Origin: an uncultured Candidatus Actinomarina sp.
GTDB lineage: Bacteria; Actinomycetota; Acidimicrobiia; Actinomarinales; Actinomarinaceae
Direction: 5' to 3'
NCBI GenBank assembly: GCA_902510055.1
Contig: CABWZY010000001.1
Location: forward strand, 64,212-128,211
Length of the DNA stretch: 64,000 bases
The notes below the pieces were generated by a model. It worked only from the letters and a program-made list of their open reading frames with translations, was not told where the DNA came from and did not search any database. This document shows, one piece after another, positions 10,333 through 18,339 of the stretch. Made by a program: the position numbers and the translations under genes. Each line of letters opens with the position of its first letter. Position 1 is the stretch's first letter.

Positions 10333-10406
10333 CGCGCCCGGAGGGAGTCGAACCCCCAACCTTCTGATCCGTAATCAGATGCTCTATCCAGTTAAGCTAC
10401 AGGCGC
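10333..10406 (-). tRNA. tRNA-Arg (anticodon ACG)
   Basis: I folded the reverse complement by hand. The acceptor pairs GCGCCTG with CGGGCGC, the anticodon loop is TTACGGA, and the T-loop is GGTTCGACTCC. No CCA is encoded. Confidence 0.9.
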
Positions 10407-10407
10407 T

Positions 10408-10499
<92 letters not shown>

Positions 10500-10506
10500 A
10501 AGTTTG

Positions 10507-10592
10507 CGGAGGGAGTGGGATTCGAACCCACGGTATGGAATACATACAATAGTTTTCAAGACTATCGCCTTCGTCCGCTCGGCCATCCCTCC
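10507..10592 (-). tRNA. tRNA-Ser (anticodon TGA)
   Basis: The reverse complement begins GGAGGGATGGCCGAGCGG. The anticodon stem-loop is ATAGT-CTTGAAA-ACTAT, with a long variable arm and a GGTTCGAATCC T-loop. No CCA is encoded. Confidence 0.9.
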
Positions 10593-10611
10593 TAAAAGGT
10601 ATTATTTTTTG

Positions 10612-10700
10612 CGGAGGGAGAGGGATTCGAACCCTCGAAGGGGATAAACCCTTACACGCTTTCCAAGCGTGCGCACTAGGCCAGACTATGCGATCCCTCC
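10612..10700 (-). tRNA. tRNA-Ser (anticodon GGA)
   Basis: The reverse complement begins GGAGGGATCGCATAGTCTGG. The anticodon stem-loop is CACGC-TTGGAAA-GCGTG, with a long variable arm and a GGTTCGAATCC T-loop. No CCA is encoded. Confidence 0.9.
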
Positions 10701-10727
10701 GAAAAAAAATCTTAGACTCTATTTTAG

Positions 10728-11186
10728 TTATCTCTTACTGTCAAAGAAAGAGGATAATATATCTTCAGATTCATGCGTAAGAATATTATCTTTTATCTCA
10801 ACAAAATGATTTAATCTTGGGTCTTGGGGTATGTTATATAATGAAAAAGCTGCACCGGCCTTTTCGTTTTGAGCTCCATATATTAATTTTTTAACTCTCG
10901 ATAAGGAAATAGCACCAGCACACATAGCATCTGGTTCTAAAGTTACTGCTATTGTTGTCTCTTCAAGTCTCCAAGTGCCTAAGATTTGTGAAGCTTCTTC
11001 TAAAACTAGTATCTCCGCATGAGAAATTGGGTTTTGGTCTAATTCTCTTCTATTGTGATTTGCACAAATTAAATTATCGTTTTTATCAAATATTGCTGCA
11101 CCTACTGGAACTTCATCAATATCAAGAGCTTTTCTTGCTTCATCAAGAGCTACTCTCATCTTGTCTTCATCTGATATATATTTCAT
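10728..11186 (-). CDS. tadA: tRNA-specific adenosine deaminase (TadA family) with an atypical zinc motif
   Basis: Has the CDA-fold HAE motif (SHAEILVLE) and TLEPDAMCAGA where TadA normally has TLEPCxMCAGA. It lies next to tRNA-Arg(ACG), the TadA substrate. Confidence 0.8.
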   Translation of the reverse strand: MKYISDEDKMRVALDEARKALDIDEVPVGAAIFDKNDNLICANHNRRELDQNPISHAEILVLEEASQILGTWRLEETTIAVTLEPDAMCAGAISLSRVKKLIYGAQNEKAGAAFSLYNIPQDPRLNHFVEIKDNILTHESEDILSSFFDSKR

Positions 11187-11223
11187 TTTTTAACTTTTCC
11201 TATGTTGATGTTAATATAACCAA

Positions 11224-11775
11224 ATGCTCGAATTTGGTATTTTTGCATTTGTTACTTCTATAACTCCTGGACCGAATAACTCTATGCTTATGGCATCTGG
11301 TATAAGATTTGGAAGAAAAGCATCTCTTCCTCATTTTTTTGGGATTTGGCTTGGGTTTAACTTTTTATTTTTTCTTGGTGGTAATTTATTAACATTTGTT
11401 CCAGATGTTGTACTTGATAATTTCAAATATGTTGGGTATGCAGTTATAACTTTTATAGCGTATAAAGTAGCAACAACAAAAACTTCTGATAAAGAGATTT
11501 CTGAAAACGAGAAGCCTTTTACTTTTTTTCAAGCTGCTTTATTTCAATGGGTTAATCCAAAGGGTGTTGTTATGGCTGTTTCTGGACTAACTGCTTTTGA
11601 TATATCTCACCTTCAAGCAAATCTAATTTATTTAATTGTTGGGGGGCCTTGTGTTATCACTTGGCTATTTCTTGGAGAGAATTTACAAAAATTCTTAATG
11701 CAAAATAAAAAAATTGAAAGAGTCGTTTATATCATCCTTGGCGTGAGTATGATTGCAAGCTTATTGTTAGCTTAG
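11224..11775 (+). CDS. LysE/RhtB family amino-acid exporter
   Basis: 183 aa, about 6 TM segments, with an N-terminal SITPGPNN motif typical of the LysE family. Confidence 0.8.
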   Translation: MLEFGIFAFVTSITPGPNNSMLMASGIRFGRKASLPHFFGIWLGFNFLFFLGGNLLTFVPDVVLDNFKYVGYAVITFIAYKVATTKTSDKEISENEKPFTFFQAALFQWVNPKGVVMAVSGLTAFDISHLQANLIYLIVGGPCVITWLFLGENLQKFLMQNKKIERVVYIILGVSMIASLLLA

Positions 11776-13017
11776 TTTTTTTACACCTGTTAACTTAGAA
11801 AGTTCATCTGAGAACTCTACAGAACCATCTTCTTGTTGATTATTTTCAATTAACGCTATCAAGATTCTTCCAACTGCCAATGCTGTTCCATTCAAGGTGT
11901 GAATTAATGATGTATCCTTGTCTTTTTTTGTCCTAATATTTAACCTTCTAGCTTGATAGTCCGTTGTGTTAGAACAAGAAGTTACTTCCCTATAGTTATT
12001 TTGGCTAGGCATCCAAGCTTCTATATCATATTTTTTTGCCGCAGAAGCTCCTAAATCTCCTGAACAGACATCTACAACCCTATATGGTATTTCTAAATCG
12101 TTTAATATCTCTTCTTCAACAGATAAAAGATATTCGTGCTCTTCTTTTGATTTCTCTGGATCACAAAAAGAAAACATTTCCACTTTATCAAACTGATGAA
12201 CTCGAAATATTCCTGTTGTGTCTTTACCATAAGTTCCTGCTTCTCTTCTAAAACATGTTGAAAAACCAGCATATCTTAATGGTAATGAATCAAGTTCTAG
12301 TATTTCATCACCGTGTAAGGCAGCTAAAGATACCTCTGATGTACCGACCAGGTATAGTTCGTCATTTTGTATTTTATATACCTGCTCTGCATCATCAGGA
12401 AAAAATCCTGTACCATATAGTGCATTTTCTCTAACTAAAACTGGAGGAACTGTTGGAAGAAAGCCTTTATCAGAAAGCTTATTCATAACATAAGAAACTA
12501 AGTTGAATTCAATCTTTACTAAGTCACCAAAAATGTATGAAAAGCGTGAACCAGAAACTTCTGCAGCTTTTTCAACGTTAATTAGACCTAATGTCTCTCC
12601 AATCTCTAAATGATCCCTTGGGTTCTTAAATTCTTTAACCTCTCCAATTTTTTTAATTTCTTTATTGTCTTCATCTGTGAAACCAACAGGAGAAGAAGCA
12701 TCAATAATATTTGGTATTTTTATCCATAGGTCTAAAAATTTTTCTTCTTCTTCTTCTGCTTTTTCTGATAAACTCTTGAAATTATTACTTAACTCTGCTG
12801 CTTTTTTTAAAAGTTCCTCTTTTTCATTTTTATCAGCTTTTGCAATCTCTTTTCCTAATTTATTCTGCTCAGCTCTTATCTGCTCAGCTTCAAATTTCGC
12901 TTTTCTCCTGTTTTCATCAAGATCTATTAAGAGACTCACATCAATAGAGATATCTCTCTTCTTCAAATTTTCATTAAATTCCTCAAGATTATTTTTTAAT
13001 ATTTGTGTATCTAACAT
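11767..13017 (-). CDS. serS: Seryl-tRNA synthetase
   Basis: Has an N-terminal coiled-coil arm and class II motifs (FRRE, GTGFFPD, the TLNGTALAVGR C-terminal region). Confidence 0.95.
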   Translation of the reverse strand: MLDTQILKNNLEEFNENLKKRDISIDVSLLIDLDENRRKAKFEAEQIRAEQNKLGKEIAKADKNEKEELLKKAAELSNNFKSLSEKAEEEEEKFLDLWIKIPNIIDASSPVGFTDEDNKEIKKIGEVKEFKNPRDHLEIGETLGLINVEKAAEVSGSRFSYIFGDLVKIEFNLVSYVMNKLSDKGFLPTVPPVLVRENALYGTGFFPDDAEQVYKIQNDELYLVGTSEVSLAALHGDEILELDSLPLRYAGFSTCFRREAGTYGKDTTGIFRVHQFDKVEMFSFCDPEKSKEEHEYLLSVEEEILNDLEIPYRVVDVCSGDLGASAAKKYDIEAWMPSQNNYREVTSCSNTTDYQARRLNIRTKKDKDTSLIHTLNGTALAVGRILIALIENNQQEDGSVEFSDELSKLTGVKKLS

Positions 13018-13021
13018 TTAA

Positions 13022-14011
13022 CTACCCCTCTGGTGGAATAAAACCAGTAACTTTAAATAAATTATCATCAAGTTCTTCTTCGTTTTCTATCTCTTCAATT
13101 TTAATAAACCATTCGTGTAAAACACCGGGTTCAATATCTATTGGGTCCGTAAAGTAACTTCTGCTTTCTAATGGTTTAATTGAGTTAATTTTAGCTCTTT
13201 TCTCATAGATTGACTCTCCATATTCATCAGAAACTAAAATTAATATAACAATCTCAAATTCCTCAACATTTCCCTCATTTGCAATAACAACTTGGATGGC
13301 TGTAGGCTCATTCAGTAAAACATTGTGGCCATCCTCAGTTAAAGTAATTCGACTTGGAAGGAAATCCACTCCTGTTATAGCAAGATCTTTTCTTAAAAAT
13401 AGCCCTGTTGAGCTCTGTCTAGCTCGCTGTACTATTATCTCTGCAAACTTATAAGCACCTGACTCTAGCTCTGTGTATTCAACAGGGTAAAATTCTGGTA
13501 AGAAGATATTGTCTGCTACGCTTTTTTCAGAAATAAGACTAATAAAATCTTTATATGCTTTATCTCCTATAGCAAGATCTACAATGCTCTCTGCTATAGA
13601 CTCATCGATCTCTTGTGAGTATTTGCTGTCAATTAATGTAATCATAGAAACTTGGAATGTTTCCAAACCTTTTAACCATGAAGTAACTGATATTTCTAAC
13701 AAGTCTCTCTCTTTGCTTGAGAATGAAGTCTCCAGATTAAATACTAGGTTGTAAGCCTCCTGTGCATTATTCACAACCTGATTTAATGTACTTTCAAATT
13801 CTTCTCTATTGATTTCATCAAAATCTAATATTGAAGAAAAGTTTTCTGAAGCTTGCTTGTGAAGGTTCGAAACAACTGCAGCATCTTCGAGAAAAGAATT
13901 TAAGTTTGAGGAATAAGTGTAATTTTGATAAAACTGAATACCAAAAATACCTAATAAAACACTCAGGATAACTGTCATAAATCTTCTAAAGAATTTATTA
14001 AAATTTTTCAT
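13022..14011 (-). CDS. Hypothetical N-terminally membrane-anchored protein
   Basis: Has a single N-terminal TM segment (VILSVLLGIFGIQFY). The C-terminal third looks like a beta-sandwich (CARDB-like) by eye. No catalytic motif seen. Confidence 0.5.
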   Translation of the reverse strand: MKNFNKFFRRFMTVILSVLLGIFGIQFYQNYTYSSNLNSFLEDAAVVSNLHKQASENFSSILDFDEINREEFESTLNQVVNNAQEAYNLVFNLETSFSSKERDLLEISVTSWLKGLETFQVSMITLIDSKYSQEIDESIAESIVDLAIGDKAYKDFISLISEKSVADNIFLPEFYPVEYTELESGAYKFAEIIVQRARQSSTGLFLRKDLAITGVDFLPSRITLTEDGHNVLLNEPTAIQVVIANEGNVEEFEIVILILVSDEYGESIYEKRAKINSIKPLESRSYFTDPIDIEPGVLHEWFIKIEEIENEEELDDNLFKVTGFIPPEG

Positions 14012-14092
14012 AATTTAATACTATTTTCTATTTTTTTCTACTTTATATAGTCTAAGAAAACAAATGTATTTCACAACTAAGATTACTAATGA

Positions 14093-14752
14093 ATGAATAA
14101 TTTAAAGATTATATGCTCTGTTAGGAGTGAATGTGGTCCCAACAGAGAAAGAAATGAAGATTCTATCTTTCCAGACAAATCTGGAAGCAAAAATTTGCCA
14201 TTTAAGGCTGCAGTGTGTGATGGGCTAGGTGGTCATGTAAAAGGAGAGATTGCAAGTAAAATTGCTACAGATTCAATGGGCACTGAAGAAAATGATATTT
14301 CTAAAATAATTAATGATGCGAACATTGCTATTGCTAACTATCAAAAAGATAACTTAGGTTCTAATGGTATGGGGACCACAATGACAGCCCTAATTGTTGA
14401 TACTAATGGCTTGATGCAAGTAGGACATGTTGGGGATAGTAGGTGCTATGTTCTTTCAAATAGAATTATGGTAAAACTTACAGAAGACCAAAATGTACCT
14501 GGCTATCAGAATGTTCTGGAGCAAGCTCTTGGGACTAAAGATAAATTAGATATTCAAAAAATAGATTTTCAATTAAGTGTGGGGGACGTTGTTTTTCTTT
14601 GTACAGATGGTCTTTACAATGAGTTTGGAGAAGAGTATCTAAAGAAAAAACTACAAGAAGGTGTAGGGGCGGACGCTCTAGTTGGAGAAGCTTTGCTACA
14701 AAAACCAAAAGATAATGTATCAGCAATTGTTCTAAACGTGGTATCAAAATGA
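14093..14752 (+). CDS. PP2C-family Ser/Thr protein phosphatase (short, soluble)
   Basis: Has a DGLGGH motif, a GDSRCYV motif and a C-terminal CTDGL motif. It overlaps the kinase start by 4 nt. Confidence 0.75.
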   Translation: MNNLKIICSVRSECGPNRERNEDSIFPDKSGSKNLPFKAAVCDGLGGHVKGEIASKIATDSMGTEENDISKIINDANIAIANYQKDNLGSNGMGTTMTALIVDTNGLMQVGHVGDSRCYVLSNRIMVKLTEDQNVPGYQNVLEQALGTKDKLDIQKIDFQLSVGDVVFLCTDGLYNEFGEEYLKKKLQEGVGADALVGEALLQKPKDNVSAIVLNVVSK

Positions 14753-16518
14753 AAATTGGTCAAATAATTAAAGAAAGATATAAAGTTATTGAGCTACTTG
14801 GAGAAGGTGGTATGGCTTTTGTTTACAAAGCAAAAGATATGCAGCTGGAAAGAATGGTTGCAATAAAAACACTTAAACCGAATTATGTAGAGCAAACCAC
14901 ATTTGTTGAAAGATTTAAGAGAGAGGCTCAAACTGCAGCTAACTTAAACCATCCAAATATTGTACAAATTTTTGACTGGGGCATAGAAGAAGAGCCTTAT
15001 TTTGTTATGGAGTATATTGAAGGAAATACACTTACTTCAATTATCTCAAATAAAAAAACTATAAGTTTAAGTGACGTTCTTTTTATAGGGGCTCAAGTTG
15101 CTAATGGTTTAGAAGCAGCGCACACACAAGGCCTTGTTCATAGAGATATAAAACCTGGCAATATAATGATTACTCCTGGAGGGAAAGTAAAAGTAACTGA
15201 TTTTGGAATAGTCTCTATACAGGATGAGGAAAGCGATATTACTAAAACTGGTTCAATATTAGGAACAGCAAGCTATATCTCTCCTGAGCAAGCGCAGGGG
15301 AAAGCTGTATCTGTTGGTTCAGACCTCTATTCACTAGGCACTGTTCTCTATGAACTTCTTACCGGAAACCCTCCTTTTGTGGCTGAATCTCCAATTGCAA
15401 CAGCAACAAAACATCTTACTGAAAAACCAGATAAACCATCGAAATATAGGAAAGACCTGCCCAAAGGAATTGAAAATGCAATATTAAAGTTACTCCACAA
15501 AACCCCGAAAGATAGGTTTAAAAGCGCTGAAGATTTAAGAGCTGTTCTTCTTCAACAGCGAAACCAGCTGGAAATGGCTCAAACCCAAGAAAGTCTCATT
15601 GATCTTACAAACCCAACTATTAAATATAAATTTACTCTTCCTGCATTAGTCATTTCAATTGGTTTAGTTCTAGGAACTTTCTGGACTTTATCTAAAATAT
15701 TTGAAGGCCTTCCTGTGGACGGAGGAGCTCCTACTCTAATTGAGATACCAGACCTTACTGGGAGTGATCAAGCAGAAGCACTGTCTGATCTACAAGCTCT
15801 TGGGTTTAAAGTTGGTATAGAAAATTCAGCTCATCCAAATGTTCCTCCAGGTGCCGTCGTTAGAACCCAACCAACAGCGAACACAGTAACAAATCCCGAT
15901 ACACTAGTAACAATTATTGTTTCTGTTGGTCCTGAAGCATTTCCTATACCTTATGTTCTAGATCTCGAAACAGCTAGAGCAATTTATATAATTGAACAAA
16001 GTGGATTCACTGTAGGCCAGAAACTTGAAGTTAATGATGATGTTATTCCTAGAGGTTTTGTTATTTCTCAAAATCCAATAGCTGGTACAAAAATGAGTCC
16101 TGATTCTACCGTTGATCTTGTGGTCTCAAAAGGGCCTAGCCTGATCGAAGTAAGTGATCTTTCAAGAAAATCTTTAGTTGACGCAATACAGATTTTAGAA
16201 ACATTAGGTCTAGAGTACGAGTTCATTGAAGAGTATTCACCTGACGTCTCAGTCGGTCTTGTCTCTCATACTGAACCAGAAGCTGGCGAAATAGTAACTC
16301 CAGATCAAATAGTTACAGTAATTGTCTCTCTTGGTATAAAAATAGAAGTTCCTGAAGTTGATGGTTTAACATACCAAGAAGCCTTAGATCTTTTAGAAGA
16401 AGCTGGGCTATTAGCCACTGTGGTTGGTGATTCAAATGGAAGAATAGTGAAACAGATTCCTCGGAAAGGTGAATTTATTGATCCTGAAACACCTGTAGAG
16501 TTAACTTTTGAAGACTGA
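14749..16518 (+). CDS. pknB: Ser/Thr protein kinase with extracellular PASTA repeats (PknB-like)
   Basis: Has Hanks kinase motifs (GEGGMAFVYKA, HRDIKPGN, DFG, SPEQ), one TM segment and then about four PASTA-like repeats. Confidence 0.9.
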   Translation: MKIGQIIKERYKVIELLGEGGMAFVYKAKDMQLERMVAIKTLKPNYVEQTTFVERFKREAQTAANLNHPNIVQIFDWGIEEEPYFVMEYIEGNTLTSIISNKKTISLSDVLFIGAQVANGLEAAHTQGLVHRDIKPGNIMITPGGKVKVTDFGIVSIQDEESDITKTGSILGTASYISPEQAQGKAVSVGSDLYSLGTVLYELLTGNPPFVAESPIATATKHLTEKPDKPSKYRKDLPKGIENAILKLLHKTPKDRFKSAEDLRAVLLQQRNQLEMAQTQESLIDLTNPTIKYKFTLPALVISIGLVLGTFWTLSKIFEGLPVDGGAPTLIEIPDLTGSDQAEALSDLQALGFKVGIENSAHPNVPPGAVVRTQPTANTVTNPDTLVTIIVSVGPEAFPIPYVLDLETARAIYIIEQSGFTVGQKLEVNDDVIPRGFVISQNPIAGTKMSPDSTVDLVVSKGPSLIEVSDLSRKSLVDAIQILETLGLEYEFIEEYSPDVSVGLVSHTEPEAGEIVTPDQIVTVIVSLGIKIEVPEVDGLTYQEALDLLEEAGLLATVVGDSNGRIVKQIPRKGEFIDPETPVELTFED

Positions 16519-17341
16519 AATTTCTCTTTTTAAAAAGCATCTAAGAAGTTGGTATAAAAAAAATAAAAGGAACTTCTCTTGGAGAGAAACTGAAGATCCT
16601 TGGAAAATATATTTAATTGAAATTCTATCTCAGCAAACACAATTAGTTAGAGCAGATAAATATTATAAAAAATTTATTTCAAAATATCCTAATCCGAAAA
16701 AAATGTCTAAGGCTTCTAGGCGCAGCTTATTGAAACTTTGGTCTGGGCTTGGTTACAATAATAGAGCTGTAAGGCTGTATGAATCATCAAAAGTATTGAG
16801 CGAAAAAACTTTCGATGATCTTTATCCAAACTTTGAACAACTCCCTGGTGTTGGTAAGTATACAAATTCTGCTTTGCTTTCTTTTGCTTATGGAGAGAAA
16901 ATAATAACAATCGATACAAACGTAAAAAGAATACTTGGCAGATATTTTAAGCAAGACAACGTTGCTGATTTTATTAAGAGAAATGAGCAAGAATTATTAA
17001 GCTACTTTCCTTCAAGAGACTTTAATCAAGCACTTATGGATTTAGGTTCTTCAATCTGTACTAACAGAAGTCCTAAGTGTGCTTTCTGTCCTTTAGAAAA
17101 TAAATGTATGAAATATATCATTCAAGTAGACAAACAGCAGGAGCCTTTTAAAAATTCTAATAGAGAAAAAAGAGGACAAATCGTAAGCATATTAATTGAA
17201 GCAAAAAAAGTAAACTACTCTACTTTGGCAAAGAAAATAAATATTGAAGAAAATAACTTAGATAAACTAATCAAAGGCCTTGAAAGAGATGGAATAGTCT
17301 GTATCTCAAAGAATAATTTGATTGAAATTAAAAGTAATTAG
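16508..17341 (+). CDS. HhH-GPD base-excision glycosylase (MutY/Nth family) with a 4Fe-4S loop and a C-terminal winged-helix-like tail
   Basis: Has an HhH motif (LPGVGKYT), the cluster motif C-x6-C-x2-C-x5-C (CTNRSPKCAFCPLENKC), and a C-terminal 60 aa that look like a wHTH rather than a MutT-like domain. Confidence 0.7.
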   Translation: MKTEISLFKKHLRSWYKKNKRNFSWRETEDPWKIYLIEILSQQTQLVRADKYYKKFISKYPNPKKMSKASRRSLLKLWSGLGYNNRAVRLYESSKVLSEKTFDDLYPNFEQLPGVGKYTNSALLSFAYGEKIITIDTNVKRILGRYFKQDNVADFIKRNEQELLSYFPSRDFNQALMDLGSSICTNRSPKCAFCPLENKCMKYIIQVDKQQEPFKNSNREKRGQIVSILIEAKKVNYSTLAKKINIEENNLDKLIKGLERDGIVCISKNNLIEIKSN

Positions 17342-17355
17342 TTTACAATTTGCAT

Positions 17356-17610
17356 ATGCCTGTTTCAAAAAAAAGAGTTAAAAGCTCTCAACCAACTCAA
17401 TCTAAGAAAATGTCTTCTCTAGTTGATGGAGATAAAGGCCCTTCTTCAAAGAAATACATAATAACCATGACTATGTTAATGGTTCTTGGGGTTTTAATGA
17501 TTGTACTTAACTACCTAACTGTTCTTCCTGGTTCTGTCTCAAAGTGGTATTTATGGAGTGGGTTAGGACTTATTGGAATTGGTTTCATAATGACTACAGA
17601 GTATCGCTAA
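17356..17610 (+). CDS. crgA: Cell-division protein CrgA
   Basis: Has a basic MPVSKKRVK N-terminus and two TM helices, is about 84 aa, and sits next to pknB as in other Actinobacteria. Confidence 0.75.
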   Translation: MPVSKKRVKSSQPTQSKKMSSLVDGDKGPSSKKYIITMTMLMVLGVLMIVLNYLTVLPGSVSKWYLWSGLGLIGIGFIMTTEYR

Positions 17611-17628
17611 TTACTAATCCTTTTTTGG

Positions 17629-17862
17629 TCAATCCTCTATTGGTGTCATTTCTTCCTTACAGTGCTTAGGTGGATCATTTACTACTACTGATTGAAGGTT
17701 GACTGTAAGTTCTGTTCCACAAGCATTACACATAAATGATTGTGATGTTTCTAAAACGTCTGTTGGGTCAATTTCAGGAGGGGTGTTTGCTAAAGAACCA
17801 ATTGAATTTTTTAGAAATCTAAAAATAATAAAACCAATGAATAAAGCAATTAATATTTCCAT
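17629..17862 (-). CDS. Hypothetical small membrane protein (N-terminal TM plus a CxxC...HC segment)
   Basis: 77 aa ORF with one TM helix and CNAC ... HC motifs. Its start abuts the stop of the upstream small ORF. Confidence 0.4.
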   Translation of the reverse strand: MEILIALFIGFIIFRFLKNSIGSLANTPPEIDPTDVLETSQSFMCNACGTELTVNLQSVVVNDPPKHCKEEMTPIED

Positions 17863-18057
17863 TTAAAAAGAAATATATCTGTAGATAGAAATAAGTATCG
17901 CAATAACTATCCAGGCTGTAGCAATACCTTTAGTTCCCATTGCTTTTTTAGATGCTGATATACGCTTTCTTTTTCTATTTTGAATTGTCTCTTCAAGTGA
18001 GTTTTTTAACTCTGAAAGTTCTTCGTCATTTAGGTTTTCAAAATCTTTATTTTCCAT
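17863..18057 (-). CDS. Hypothetical small tail-anchored membrane protein
   Basis: I trimmed the track ORF to the internal Met (MENKDF...), because the upstream part overlaps tRNA-Ala. It has an acidic/basic helix followed by a C-terminal TM segment. Confidence 0.35.
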   Translation of the reverse strand: MENKDFENLNDEELSELKNSLEETIQNRKRKRISASKKAMGTKGIATAWIVIAILISIYRYISF

Positions 18058-18077
18058 ATATTTAGAATACCCTATCG

Positions 18078-18150
18078 TGGAGATGATGGGACTTGAACCC
18101 ACGACCCCCTGCTTGCAAAGCAGGTGCTCTTCCAACTGAGCTACATCCCC
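18078..18150 (-). tRNA. tRNA-Ala (anticodon TGC)
   Basis: The reverse complement begins GGGGATGTAGCTCAGTTGG. The anticodon loop is TTGCAAG and the G3:U70 alanine identity pair is present. No CCA is encoded. Confidence 0.9.
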
Positions 18151-18239
18151 TCGCTTTTTATATTATGCCTTGTATTCCAGTGTAAATGAAAAAATTTTAG
18201 AAATATTTTATTTTCGTTACTAATGTATATATGACGTAA

Positions 18240-18314
18240 GGGCCTATAGCTCAGCCTGGTTAGAGCGCATCCCTGATAAGGATGAGGTCGTTAGTTCAAA
18301 TCTAACTAGGCCCA
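18240..18314 (+). tRNA. tRNA-Ile (anticodon GAT)
   Basis: Begins GGGCCTATAGCTCAGCCTGG. The anticodon stem-loop is CATCC-CTGATAA-GGATG and the T-loop is GTTCAAATC. No CCA is encoded. Confidence 0.9.
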
Positions 18315-18339
18315 CTGACTTTTTGTTATAATTGACATT

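Noticed and set aside
18058-18135. The N-terminal 26 codons of track ORF 17863-18135.
   Set aside because: This part overlaps tRNA-Ala(TGC) on the same strand (the GVVGSSPI stretch is the translated T-arm). The ORF was trimmed to the internal Met at 18057.
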